A stretch of DNA of 63,999 nt, filler included, from Asterionella formosa (GCA_002256025.1; 6 parts of 6 records of this genome joined end to end with filler, not necessarily neighbours in it); one strand, 5' to 3'. Positions 26,104-36,950 are shown, counted from the whole stretch's first letter. Numbers and translations: made by a program. Notes: generated from the sequence alone by a model not told the origin.

Positions 26104-27429
26104 TTACAATTCGTCTGTTCCGTAACTTTTCTCCATTCCTTCCAAATTATGCGTCCATGCCAAACCAACAAATACGCCACACAATATAATAAACATGTCA
26201 GCAGTGAGATGAGTAAATGCATCATAGAATCCAACAACAGTCGGGAAGGATGACGATAGCAAACTCATGAACCCGTTTTTAAGCATGCCCAAGAAATCCT
26301 CTTTCGCGGACTCCTTTTCCGGAATTGGCAACCCCGCTCCAAAAACACGCTTAGCCGTCTGTCTTACAACCAAGGCCACCAAAGCCAGCACTGGAGGTGT
26401 GGCTAGTAGCTTTTTCGGAATGAGTAGGGCTGCCACGAATATTTTGATTGGCAGGTTGTAAAAAATCATCATCAAAGCGCGATGACACGCCACCGCACCG
26501 CGTGCGAGCATGAACAATATGCCGTCGCCTCTTGTCATCAAGTCCAAGTCCAAGCCAAAGAGTGGGTCGATGTTTGGCTTGTACACCTCGTCGTCAATGG
26601 TGGTACCAAATTCGTCTTCCACTCCTGAAGAAGACCATTCCACTTGGCTATTCAACAAGACCTCCTTCGGATCTTTGGATGTGGAACTGGTCCCGCGAAA
26701 GGCTCGTAATAAACCGATGCCGTGCTGGTGAGGAGCAAGCCGAGGGTGAACCGTGACAGAGGGATGTACCACCTGCTGATAACCGACATCGAAGCCTGCA
26801 GCAAGTAAAATGAAAATTGTCAAAAAATGCATCATAATGGGAAACACATTGACAGGCACCTTCTTTCGGATTGGAACTATGGGCGCGACTGCGGACGTGG
26901 CGGCAGTTGCTTCTGATTCTCGTTGTTGTTTTTCTAGAATTTTTTGACGTCGTACTGCGGCGACTCCCTTGTACTTCCGCTTTTCCGAAGCATCCTGTGG
27001 CACAGTCTCAATCTTTGGATTTTCCGTACTTGCTGGTTCAGTAGCAGCTAGGACTTCTGGTTCCGGACATGAAGTTGCTTCAGCTGTCGAGGTCGACTCT
27101 TCCGCAGTAGTAGTTAGGTCCTCTGCAGTCTCTGTCCCGACAATTTCGTTTGTTTCTAATGGAAGAGATGCGACCGCGTCTTGTTCAGCTTTGGCATCGT
27201 CAACCTTTCTTTGGAATCGACGACGTCGCATGGCTGCTATACGACTAGCTCCAGAGGATTGAGCGGCTGACATGCCGTCGCCATCTTCTGGTGCTTTGCT
27301 TTGCTCGCCTGAAACTGTCTTCATTCGGTCCCTAGACTTTTCCAATATGCGCTGTCTTCGGACTTCAGCCTTGATGCGGGCCTCTTCGGCACCATCGGCC
27401 GGAGTGAGGTCGTCGTCTGCGATCGTCAT
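26104..27429 (-). CDS. GET2/CAML-like tail-anchored protein insertase receptor (441 aa)
   Basis: The N-terminal basic motif 'EARIKAEVRRQRILEKSRDRMKTVSG' resembles the Get3-binding motif of GET2/CAML/plant G1IP. A disordered linker follows, then C-terminal hydrophobic segments. Likely start is ATG 27429. Confidence 0.6.
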   Translation of the reverse strand: MTIADDDLTPADGAEEARIKAEVRRQRILEKSRDRMKTVSGEQSKAPEDGDGMSAAQSSGASRIAAMRRRRFQRKVDDAKAEQDAVASLPLETNEIVGTETAEDLTTTAEESTSTAEATSCPEPEVLAATEPASTENPKIETVPQDASEKRKYKGVAAVRRQKILEKQQRESEATAATSAVAPIVPIRKKVPVNVFPIMMHFLTIFILLAAGFDVGYQQVVHPSVTVHPRLAPHQHGIGLLRAFRGTSSTSKDPKEVLLNSQVEWSSSGVEDEFGTTIDDEVYKPNIDPLFGLDLDLMTRGDGILFMLARGAVACHRALMMIFYNLPIKIFVAALLIPKKLLATPPVLALVALVVRQTAKRVFGAGLPIPEKESAKEDFLGMLKNGFMSLLSSSFPTVVGFYDAFTHLTADMFIILCGVFVGLAWTHNLEGMEKSYGTDEL

Positions 27430-28274
27430 TGTTACTTTACAAACTATACGAGTATACCGGTAATTCACAAGCAGGGTACCTTCTCGTGTTATAACTACCG
27501 TGTACATCACCAAAAATTGTTGTCAGTTCGGCTGGTACAGCAAAAGAAAAGGTACAGACGTAGGCGTCAAGAACCACCACAGCATGATGGATGCTGAGGC
27601 CGTAAGAAATATGGCTGGATGCAATTTTTGGGGCCACCGGGTTGACCCTGTAGGCCTGGTATTAGCATAAACCCTAAACCTATGGTGTATAATTTTTTGC
27701 TCCTGGATTGGCATGTTATAATCATATCCATGAGTAGTGCTACTAGTTAACACACCAGGAAGCGGCATGGGACAACACAATTTGGTTTATATATGAACTA
27801 TTCTGTGTTGGGCACCACTCAGCAGATCCACGCCTACATGACCAATGGTTTCACACTCTTGAGCTTGGAAGTGGGCAAGCTGGAGTTGAAACTGTACAGG
27901 AATATCTCAAATAAGGTCATATAGTAGTAGTTGCAATGAAGATACAACAAAAATTTCACAGCCATCGCTGCACAATGGCTGGACTTCGATTTCATGTTTG
28001 TCATGAATGAACAATGCAACAAGCAATGACAACAACAAGATTGCGGATGCATGTGTACATAAAATTTTTTTATATGTATGTTTTTTAAATAGAACATTTT
28101 ACTTCAGATCCGTTCTTATCATTCTGGCTGTCAGTGGTCGTCATTGGTGTATCATCTCAGAAATATGATACAAAAATGGCGATTTGGTTTTTTGTGGTGA
28201 TCACCAACGTTTCTTTTGGTCTGATCACTGGTGTATCATGGGCGTATCACTGATACTCTTATCATTCTGTCATT

Positions 28275-28374
28275 NNNNNNNNNNNNNNNNNNNNNNNNNN
28301 NNNNNNNNNNNNNNNNNNTTAATTAATTAANNNNNNNNNNNNNNNNNNNNNNNNNNNNNNNNNNNNNNNNNNNN
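28275..28374. other. Artificial contig spacer (N44-TTAATTAATTAA-N44)
   Basis: A 100-bp N run with an all-frame stop linker. Identical spacers occur at 56611, 58468, 60325 and 62181. Confidence 0.98.
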
Positions 28375-28821
28375 TTGCAATGTTTGTAGGTTATGTTGTC
28401 TCCAAGCTAATTCTAGGGATTCGCGCAATGTTTTCTTGTGAGTGTTGTATGCGCTAATGTATTCGGGTTTTGTGATAACATTGTGAATTGTATTCATATC
28501 CTCTTTGTACAAGGATCCTCCTTCTTTGATTTCTTCATTCACAGTAAGTATCTTCACAATGCTTGCTCTGTATATTCTGTATCTTGATTCTCCTAGCATG
28601 GATAAGATTTGCAATATTGGTCTTCTTATGAAAGTGAAAAATATTTTCATAGTAATGATTCCATTGCTACGTAATATTTCTTTGAATTCGTCTTCAATGC
28701 CCATTATGTTAGTTAACATTGTTCCAAGTTCATTCTCCATTTCTGCTTCATTATCAATGTCTTCATCATTGTCATCCCAGGCCATTTCATAACTCTCTGG
28801 GATAATTGGATTAGTACTCAT
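28375..28821 (-). mobile_element. Partial ORF at the contig edge, possibly the gag start of an LTR retrotransposon
   Basis: AT-rich ORF (MSTNPIIPES...) open into the gap, unlike the host genes in composition. No diagnostic motif is visible. Confidence 0.3.
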
Positions 28822-29754
28822 TGTTTAATAGTTGTTGTTGTTTTGTCTCGTTGCTATCGAGAGTCGTTTTATACTCTGTACGGAGTGGTTATATATGGGA
28901 TCTCAACAGGTTTCTCTTCCTTGTTGGGGCTTACAGCCTCTTTTGGTTTTCTAGTATCTTCCGCAGACACGCGTATCCATACCAGCAGAGGACTCTCTAC
29001 TCTGATCAATGTCGACTCCTTGTCCTAAGCTCGACACCTGCAACCTTGTCCTTGACACAGTTGACTTCTTTCCTGTCTCTGTCAGTATTCACTGTAACTT
29101 GGGCAGACACGCCGTTGCTTCGCAGTGACTCTTCTCTTTCTTCACTTGCTCACGGTGAGCGGAATGGGTCTGATAAACTAGTGGAGGGAAAATGGGCTGG
29201 CTAACCTTGTTAACCAGAAACCGTCTTAAACAGTGATGATATTCTCAGTGGCAATACCGGATAATATAGGTTAAAATGTAAAACGTAAACTAAAATTATG
29301 ATATAAACTGTGAAAAATGGAAACGATCTCCAATGGTCAATCCATTCCTCTCTTCCTGTAGGTTAATACTAATTCCATACGTAAATAGTGCATACGTAAT
29401 CCCCGAATTGACGTGGTATGCAACCATACGTATTCCTTTTTCTCAAATTCTCAAGATCGGAACATATCCAGCTGTTTTGATCTTTCTCTATATATAGTAA
29501 ACCCCTAATATAGATAAAGCACAGGTTTTGTACGTGACTTTTCTTACTTCTGAGTTTCCGGCAACTCCCAGGAACATTGTTATATAAATAAAAGATTTTA
29601 TGAAATATTTTTAGCCAGACGAGAGAAAATTCAAAATAAACAATGTAACTAAATAGATTCATAGGCAATTTGCTTGTTGTTCCCTTTGCTTCCTCGCACC
29701 GTGGTAAATGCCAAAACATGGGTCTCCATTGTGTGCGCTTTACAAAACAGGAGG

Positions 29755-30465
29755 TCACCCCCAACGACGCTCGGGTGGCTCCAAATCCCACTTTGCCAGC
29801 TTGTCCTTGGCACCCGGCTCCAGCAAAAAGGCCTCGACAAAGGCACTGGCATTGTACACTCCATGGAGCGCAGATTCAGGAAGTGGACATCCCGCCTTCC
29901 ACGCGACGCGCAAGTCACGGCGGAGTCGAACCAAGTCCTGCGCCCGCAATACTATCGACGGAATAATGCCCCCGTGTATATGCTTGTCAATCCACAGCAT
30001 GACTTTTAATCGCCAAGAAATGTCACGTTGGAGACTTGGATAATGAAACGAGATTTCCACTTCGCGTTGGACAGTGTGAAACAAATGCCCGCTTTCTGGG
30101 AGCGGATGGAGTGTACCATGGTACGTTCTACCCATGGTCAGTCCGTGCACGAGTTCGCTCATGGTTGGAATCTTCTTTTTCTTGATACGAGATAACACCG
30201 GGGCGGGGCATTGCAGGAGGCGCATATTCTCCATTAGGTGCATAAGCTCCAGGTTCACATGCAAGTCCTGGACATGAAAGGCCTTTTCGGCCCGACAAAC
30301 CAAACATGAAATGCGACGTCGTCGTTGTGCGGAGCCTAAATGGCTGTTCAGGACACAAGACCGACAAAAGGAATGACTGCATTTGCTAGATTGAATGGGG
30401 GCATGTTCATCATGAGGATTGCTGGACGCAAATGTCGTCGAACAAATGCAGCATTCCGGAAGCAT
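29755..30465 (-). CDS. RING-HC finger protein (236 aa)
   Basis: CCIC...CSHSFCRSC...CLVC at the N-terminus. ATG at 30465. Confidence 0.75.
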   Translation of the reverse strand: MLPECCICSTTFASSNPHDEHAPIQSSKCSHSFCRSCVLNSHLGSAQRRRRISCLVCRAEKAFHVQDLHVNLELMHLMENMRLLQCPAPVLSRIKKKKIPTMSELVHGLTMGRTYHGTLHPLPESGHLFHTVQREVEISFHYPSLQRDISWRLKVMLWIDKHIHGGIIPSIVLRAQDLVRLRRDLRVAWKAGCPLPESALHGVYNASAFVEAFLLEPGAKDKLAKWDLEPPERRWG

Positions 30466-31402
30466 AGTTTTGGGTACTATTGATGTTCCTCTTTCACAGC
30501 TGGCATACTTTACTAACACACACTTGAGTGATTGGATGTTTCTCAAAATGTGGGAACCTTACAAAAATGAACCAATCCAAGGGTAACGTGCGTGCAAGCG
30601 TGGAGCAAATCGTATCTTTAGAAGCATCGTATTCGTTTGTGATCATTCGTATTTCCTTTCTTCGGAGTAACACCAACCTAAACACGTTGACGTGGAACAA
30701 ATCGTGTAGGTTGCCTTGCGCCTCAAGCTTCAGAGGGGGGCGTTTGTCGTATCTCCTGACTCTCGGCGTGTAAAAGGCAGAAGTCACAGTCACACCGCCT
30801 TGACGTTCTGTGTTCCCAACACCACTTTCACTACACATGTACTTAGTCATTGTTCATGATCCATCACGAGTCCAGAGCCTAGAAGTTCGAACTGTGCATA
30901 GGGAATATCGATTCATGTATTTCATCTATCACAAGGCAGTTAAATGATAATAATGTTCAGTTCAATGAATAGCATTCAAGACACAACCTGAACCTAAACA
31001 TATGAACTTTAATCTCACCTGGCTAAAACGTATCGTCGCTCGTAATCGCCACATTTGTATTTGAATGTGAATGATTTTCCCTCAACGAGGACGATGTTGC
31101 TACGATGTTCGATGAATGTTGACAAGGTACCAGGTACCCTCGAGGCTATATACACTTCGTATCAAGGGGAAAAAATATGATTTTTATTGATATTCTGAAC
31201 CCAAAGACTTGTGACACGTCTATTTCCTTCCAATTTCTCAACGAAACCTATATTTCAGATTTTGTGCCAAGACACAAACAGACCATGAAAACAATAGAAT
31301 TGTTTGTCGTCTTGCCTAGAATCTTTTCACATGCAAGCAACAAGAACTTGTCAAGAACATTAGAGTTCATAACGCAATCCCCCAAGTGTTACTGTTTGTT
31401 AC

Positions 31403-33802
31403 CTAGCTGTGTTCAAAAGTTGTAAGGGAAAAAATGGTTTGTTCAGGTTCAAACACGATCTTACAGCTTCCATTCAGCAACTTCGCACACTTTTGCATAA
31501 TCCATGCTCCATCACCCAGCGGGTCCACGTTTTTCGGCTGGCTCCCACGCTGGTCCTTTGTTTCGAACCTTGAATGGAGCCGCGTCCCTTCAGAAAATAT
31601 TGTGGAAATTTCTTCATCAGACAACAAGAGCAAATGTGCATGCCCCTCACCGGGAAGATTTATCACTTCCATTTGAAACTTCGTCTTCTCTGCATCGTAT
31701 GTCACATTCGTATCGATATTCCCCCCGAGCTTTCCATATCTGCGTGCGTTAGAAACAGCGTGTCTGTGAATGTGCCTTAACAACTGTGAGTCTAGGGTGA
31801 CTGGAGGGAATGGATTTGGTGTCGTTGAAAGAGTAAATATCTGACCATTCTGAGAACTTTGATTTTGAATATACGAGAGCAAAGACTTGATTTCAATACG
31901 TTCAGGCCGGGACTCATAGACATCATGAATAACATTTCGCGCCAACGCTTCCGACAGACAATTATCGAGCATTTCTCGTAACGTTGAATCGAGTTTATGA
32001 ATACTCTGCGTAAAATCAGTAGGCGACAAGCTACCATCGACATTAAGAACTGATTTATTCTGGAGAGAAACAGAACGATTTGTTACAGTTGAGTCTTTGT
32101 CAATGATACATCGCACTGTACCTACTACATCGATGGCCGCTAGCAAACCATTCCTCACTTCTTGCCTTGCAAATTTATGTGCCTTTTCGCTCATTTTTCG
32201 TTCATTGAGTTCAATCAATAACTGTTTTTCGGTTTCATCAACATGAATGCGCTCTGAAATATCTCTCAAAAATACTATTATCGCCTTAGAGTCCAGCTTA
32301 GACGCTTTGGCTTCAAACTTTATTTTCTTCTCCTCTTGCATACCCATGGGATTAACTTCATAAAAGTCCTGTAGTATCAAGGATTCCTGAGCTTTAGATC
32401 GCCACGCCTTCTTCAACAATTTCGCCATGGCCACAACATTCTTGCATTTCTTGAATGGAAGTCTGCTAAAGTGGCAGCCTTCCATGTATCCATCCCCTCC
32501 GTCTGTTTCTATGTTTTCTATGTCTATCCTGGTGATTGGTTTCGATAAGTCCATGGTAGACAGAGAGAAATCACCAGAGCGACTGTTTGTTTTAAAGCCA
32601 AAGACCAAAGCTACTTTCCTTTCGTCATCAAATTCCATCTCATCCGCCGAGGAAGTGCTATCTTCATGATTATGTATTGTCGTGGCGGTGTGCATTTTGC
32701 GTTCCATTTGCAAAAATTTCGGACTGACCACAGCATTGACTCGATCTTGGCCCTCAACAATCAAAACAACAATGTCGGAAGAATTTGCCCATATCACTGT
32801 CATCATATTACGCAATTCTTCCAACCTCCTTGTAACTCTTCCAGTCTTGTCACATACCATGTCATGCACTTGGACAGTTAAATGCATATACCATACTTTG
32901 GACGTAATTTCAAAGCATGCCTCGATAATGGCGGGGAGAGCTGGAGACGACCAAATGGTACCACGGGGAGCGTACAGAAACAGTGGAAAGCAAGTGAGCC
33001 GCATGACGACAAGGAGTGTCCAGAGTACTGCACAGGTTTCTAGGAGGCGGAGACTGATTCGAACACGATCCTGTGATTCTCGATCCTCAACTGAACCCCC
33101 ATGTTTCGTCTGGTTGAACCGCTGTCGGCGTTCATAAAGTCGAACAAATATAGACGAATAAAACAATAGACTGAACATGACGACGGCCACAAAGGAATAC
33201 ATTGATTGACAAAAGGGGAGCATCACGCCACAAACAGTGCTTAGAGCAATTGATAGCGAGTGCTTCCATACATGTGCGGGCCCTCCTTTTTTATAATTGG
33301 GCAAGTCAATGGCTTCCGTCATGAAAGTCATGAGAAATGCCAGGGCAGTCCACTCTGCCCATCGTGTCATGTGAACTCGGACACCAGTGACATTGTCAAC
33401 GAGGACCGGAGTTGGCAAAAAGGCCATCATGGAGACAGATGCCATGCAAATCACTTGGCAGGTGATACTGGCCGACATGATGCCAGTTCGTATTGAATCC
33501 ACATCATTCTCCCTGAGTGCCAGGGGCAAAAATCGACTGAGATTCGTGACAAAGAGCGTCATGGCGGCAACAATGTTGGCGTTTCGTTCCGTTCCGTGGA
33601 GATATTCAAAATGTGATGATCGGACAAGCCAATGAACAAGGAACAGCAAGGCAAGCCACATGACGATTGCCGTATTCGCCCCCTTGCGGAGGAGCGCTTC
33701 CACAAGTCTGATTTCATCGTCTGAATTATTTTCGATGGTAGGAACACTTGACTTGGTAAATCCACGCAATGACGTCAGTCGGGGTACTCGCCGCTGAGCC
33801 AT
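31403..33802 (-). CDS. Microbial (type 1) rhodopsin fused to a PAS-like region and a histidine-kinase module (HKR-like), 799 aa
   Basis: About 8 hydrophobic helices. Helix C 'HMTRWAEWTAL' (bacteriorhodopsin RYADW), helix F 'LWTL', helix G 'FEITSKVW' (Lys302, equivalent to the retinal Lys). Then 'FLRDISER' (PAS C-terminal end), H-box 'FARQEVRNGL' and HATPase N/G boxes 'AVSNARRYG', 'NLPGEG', 'GDGAWIMQKCAKLLNG'. Confidence 0.85.
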   Translation of the reverse strand: MAQRRVPRLTSLRGFTKSSVPTIENNSDDEIRLVEALLRKGANTAIVMWLALLFLVHWLVRSSHFEYLHGTERNANIVAAMTLFVTNLSRFLPLALRENDVDSIRTGIMSASITCQVICMASVSMMAFLPTPVLVDNVTGVRVHMTRWAEWTALAFLMTFMTEAIDLPNYKKGGPAHVWKHSLSIALSTVCGVMLPFCQSMYSFVAVVMFSLLFYSSIFVRLYERRQRFNQTKHGGSVEDRESQDRVRISLRLLETCAVLWTLLVVMRLTCFPLFLYAPRGTIWSSPALPAIIEACFEITSKVWYMHLTVQVHDMVCDKTGRVTRRLEELRNMMTVIWANSSDIVVLIVEGQDRVNAVVSPKFLQMERKMHTATTIHNHEDSTSSADEMEFDDERKVALVFGFKTNSRSGDFSLSTMDLSKPITRIDIENIETDGGDGYMEGCHFSRLPFKKCKNVVAMAKLLKKAWRSKAQESLILQDFYEVNPMGMQEEKKIKFEAKASKLDSKAIIVFLRDISERIHVDETEKQLLIELNERKMSEKAHKFARQEVRNGLLAAIDVVGTVRCIIDKDSTVTNRSVSLQNKSVLNVDGSLSPTDFTQSIHKLDSTLREMLDNCLSEALARNVIHDVYESRPERIEIKSLLSYIQNQSSQNGQIFTLSTTPNPFPPVTLDSQLLRHIHRHAVSNARRYGKLGGNIDTNVTYDAEKTKFQMEVINLPGEGHAHLLLLSDEEISTIFSEGTRLHSRFETKDQRGSQPKNVDPLGDGAWIMQKCAKLLNGSCKIVFEPEQTIFSLTTFEHS

Positions 33803-34336
33803 CCTGCTGACGGTATCGATGCGGTGTCCTGATTCGGATGAATTCTACCACCTGTTAATGTACTGAGACCTGATTATCCGATCGAATAATGGCAGCTGGT
33901 CTTGTGACATGAGCAAGGCAACCTGATGCACAACAGTCAGTATCGTTTCTCAAGCCTGTTACAGTTGCCAACTACGAGGGAGAATTGATGCTTTCGTGTG
34001 CTGTTTCGATTGAACGAGAGTAGCTGTATCTGTTTCGATTCAATAAGGCAGTGTTTCTGCCAAACCACGTAGAGTCTTCGTTTCGACAGTAGACGACGAA
34101 GGTACCTGGTATAAAATAGTGAAGGTGGATCATCTGGGCAAGTTGCGGTAAATGAGAAATTTAGCTTTGTTTCCCTCCCTGGTGGCGTGGCATGACACAT
34201 GAGGGGGGGCGAATTGACAAGATGCACACCAAACGGCAAACTTTCGTAAAGATGCTTATACATCATGATTACTTAAATCTATCTCGTGAATAGTAATACC
34301 GGTAGTTAGCTGCGGCATCTCACAAATCCCGAACAA

Positions 34337-35113
34337 CAGCAAGTTGCGGTAATTTTGTAGAAACGGACGATTTGACAAGGACTTAGTTAATCTTAAAAAA
34401 AGAACGTCTTCTATTCATAGCACGATTCAGCGAAATAAATAGCAGAATTCATCTAGTGGCAAAAACGCGAGAACGCACAGCTTATGACAATGACTTTGAG
34501 GAAATCATAATGACTTTCAGGAAATTCCTATTGTGAATTTCAGGAAATGCCTATGACTTTCAGGAAACGTTAGGTAAATATGAGGAAATGCGTAAGGAAA
34601 TGACAGCAGATTTCAGGAATTTCGTACAATTTCCTCTTTTCTGGCCAAAGTGGAAAAACAACTTATCCTTCGTTCTGGATTAAAAGTACCAGGTTACCCT
34701 ATCGGTAATAGTTAGGATCATTTTATACACCGGTAGTGGTCTGACTAAATATAATACATACATAGATTGACCGTATGTATATACGGGTAGTCTGTAGTCT
34801 TGTATGTATAGCATTTTACAGTTGTAACAAAAACAGGTTATGACGAATTGTAATTTCGGTTAAAGTATTTAGGGACCATGTTTGTTTAAGCAAAATGAAG
34901 CAAATGGCAGAATAAGCAAAACAGATTGGTCTCAATATTTAGGCTAAATCAGATTAAAGCCAAATATATATAGGAACAACAAGCCGGTCGGGTTGGTCTA
35001 TTAATCGGATATCAAGAAGAGACACATGCATTAATTTGGAATTGCAATCAGGATTGCCAGTACGAAGTCGTGCGTGGAACTAGATATAGCAAAATGATGA
35101 CCGCAACTTGCTG
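34337..35113. mobile_element. Putative MITE bounded by CAGCAAGTTGCGGT inverted repeats
   Basis: cagcaagttgcggtaattttg (34337) pairs with caaaatgatgaccgcaacttgctg (~35090-35113). The interior is AT-rich and non-coding, with tandem (tga)ctttcaggaaat repeats at 34490-34620. No TSD recognised. Confidence 0.5.
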
Positions 35114-35209
35114 GTACTCTGTTGATCAAATACCGATATATGGAATCCAACGAGTCTAGAATCAATATTTTTAGTGATAGAAACCAAGACCCACAACATA
35201 TGACACTTG

Positions 35210-35330
35210 TTGACAAATGACTGGAGATGTTTACTTATTGACAAGTGAATGAGATGCTCACTTATTGTCAAATGAATAAGTGATGCTCAATTATTGTCAA
35301 ATGAATATGCTTGCTTATTGTCAAAGTAAG
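35210..35330. repeat. Short tandem repeat (ttattgtcaaatgaata-like)
   Basis: About 5 degenerate copies of ttattg(t/a)caa spaced roughly 25-29 bp apart. Confidence 0.6.
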
Positions 35331-35630
35331 CAAGATCATTTTGATGGGATCAAGGAAAGTGTGAGAAGTCTTGTTCAGGATTACATGATTAATCAGGTAA
35401 GAACAAGACTAGATTGACTATTAACAGAAGGCTCACAATATTACAAAGTGTGAAGTGAATATACGTTTTCAGTTTAAGTGACCTTAAAAGTAAGATCTGT
35501 GATATTCCAACTAGACAATTTAACACCCTGGTACCTGTAGTCTGTATTTTGTGTTCACTGGAAGTTGTCGGTTTGAGTGTCTGCAAAGCTGCGAAGCAGT
35601 TGGTGGTTGGAGTGTCGGCGCCATCACTGG

Positions 35631-36025
35631 ATGAATACTACTAGGAGGTACAGTGGGACTTCTTTGGCAGGTTCTCTGATTGGAGGAATTACTGCCAAGA
35701 AGGTGATCGAATCAAGAACTTCAACAGGAGGCACAATTGACGAATCACTACGAGAAGTTGATGGCGAAGACTTTGAACGAAACAATTCAATTCCTGGTCC
35801 CCCCGAAGAGATTGATGCAGTATTCGTCATCACGAGCAACACGGTCCTTGGGAATCCATCAACTGCATCAGCGCGGGAAGCTATTCCGCCTGAAAAGAAC
35901 GTTACAAAAGCATATCGATTTGGAGACCTCACTTGCAATGTGGTCGCTCGCGGAAAAAGGCCAACAGCAGAAATAAAGCAACACCATTCAAGATGGGAAA
36001 CTTTACATGTGGACTTTCTCTTGAG
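35631..36025 (+). pseudogene. Frameshifted gene fragment with (Y/F)(R/K)(F/M)G(D/N)(L/F)T repeats
   Basis: 'YRFGDLTCNVVARGK' is followed, after a frameshift near 35957, by 'ANSRNKATPFKMGNFTCGL', a second copy of the same short motif in another frame. Confidence 0.4.
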
Positions 36026-36119
36026 TCCGCACTTTGTGAATTTCTTTTGCCGGTCCACCAGGATGTATGATATGTTGCGTGTACTCAAAAATAGCATTTT
36101 ATTATAGGTGCAGCTTTGT

Positions 36120-36950
36120 TTATGTCTCAATAGCAGTCGTTGTGTAGAGCTGAACACTGCCAAAATTCATTTGAGTCAATGCATTAAGTCGAAAGCTTCC
36201 CCTTCCATTGTCTCCACATGTTAGTCTCTCCAATACTTTGACAAACTCTGTTGGAATTGGGAAGTCCTTGATAGAATTTTGCAAGTGAAGGTATTCTCGC
36301 GGCTTCCCACTCAACACACCACCAACAATGGGCACAACGTGACGAATAAATAGCTTCGCAAAAAATCCCATGATTCCTGCATTCTCGCCAGGTTCACTAA
36401 ATTCCAAAATACAAAAAATTGCGTTTGGTTTCAAGACTCGATGGATTTCACAGAGCGCTTTTCCCCGGTCAGGAACATTGCGAATTCCAAAGCTCATGGT
36501 TGCCCCGTCAAAGCTGGATTCATCTATATCCTCAAGATGTTGAGAATCGCCATATTCCAAGTTGATTCGCTTGGCCAAGCCTCGGCTCTTGACTTTGGCT
36601 CGCCCAACATCCAACATGTTGTTGGATGGATCCTTCCCCAAGACTGTTGCCAACGGCATGGATTCTGCAAGTAGCAACGCCACATCCGCCGTTCCAGTTG
36701 CAACGTCCAATAATCTCGCATCATGTGGTACGTGTGCCTTGACCTTGCTCACCATTGCCTTCCTCCATCCGACATCCATGCTCAAGGCAAGGACCCGATT
36801 GACCACATCGTACCGTCGAGCAATCATATCAAACATTTCGCCCGATCCATAGTCCATGGGTGGAGTTGACATATCTTTAAACATGACATGGTGCAAGCCA
36901 ATGGCCAAGACGGGAATTAATATGAGTGCTGTGACTGGGATTTGCGGCAT
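36120..36950 (-). CDS. UbiE/MenG/COQ5-family SAM-dependent quinone C-methyltransferase (276 aa)
   Basis: Motifs MFDMIARRYDVVNRVLALSMDVGWR, LDVATGTAD, SFGIRNV, EIHRVLKP..ILEFS and YLHLQNSI..FP. ATG at 36950. Hydrophobic N-terminus. Confidence 0.92.
   Translation of the reverse strand: MPQIPVTALILIPVLAIGLHHVMFKDMSTPPMDYGSGEMFDMIARRYDVVNRVLALSMDVGWRKAMVSKVKAHVPHDARLLDVATGTADVALLLAESMPLATVLGKDPSNNMLDVGRAKVKSRGLAKRINLEYGDSQHLEDIDESSFDGATMSFGIRNVPDRGKALCEIHRVLKPNAIFCILEFSEPGENAGIMGFFAKLFIRHVVPIVGGVLSGKPREYLHLQNSIKDFPIPTEFVKVLERLTCGDNGRGSFRLNALTQMNFGSVQLYTTTAIET

Noticed and set aside
29160..29230. LTR and primer-binding site upstream of the contig-edge ORF
   Set aside because: No canonical TGG-start primer-binding site or second LTR is visible.
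31403..33802. Proton-pumping rhodopsin or a fully active histidine kinase
   Set aside because: The pump triad reads E/L/M, the protein is fused to a signalling module, and the H-box His is Gln.
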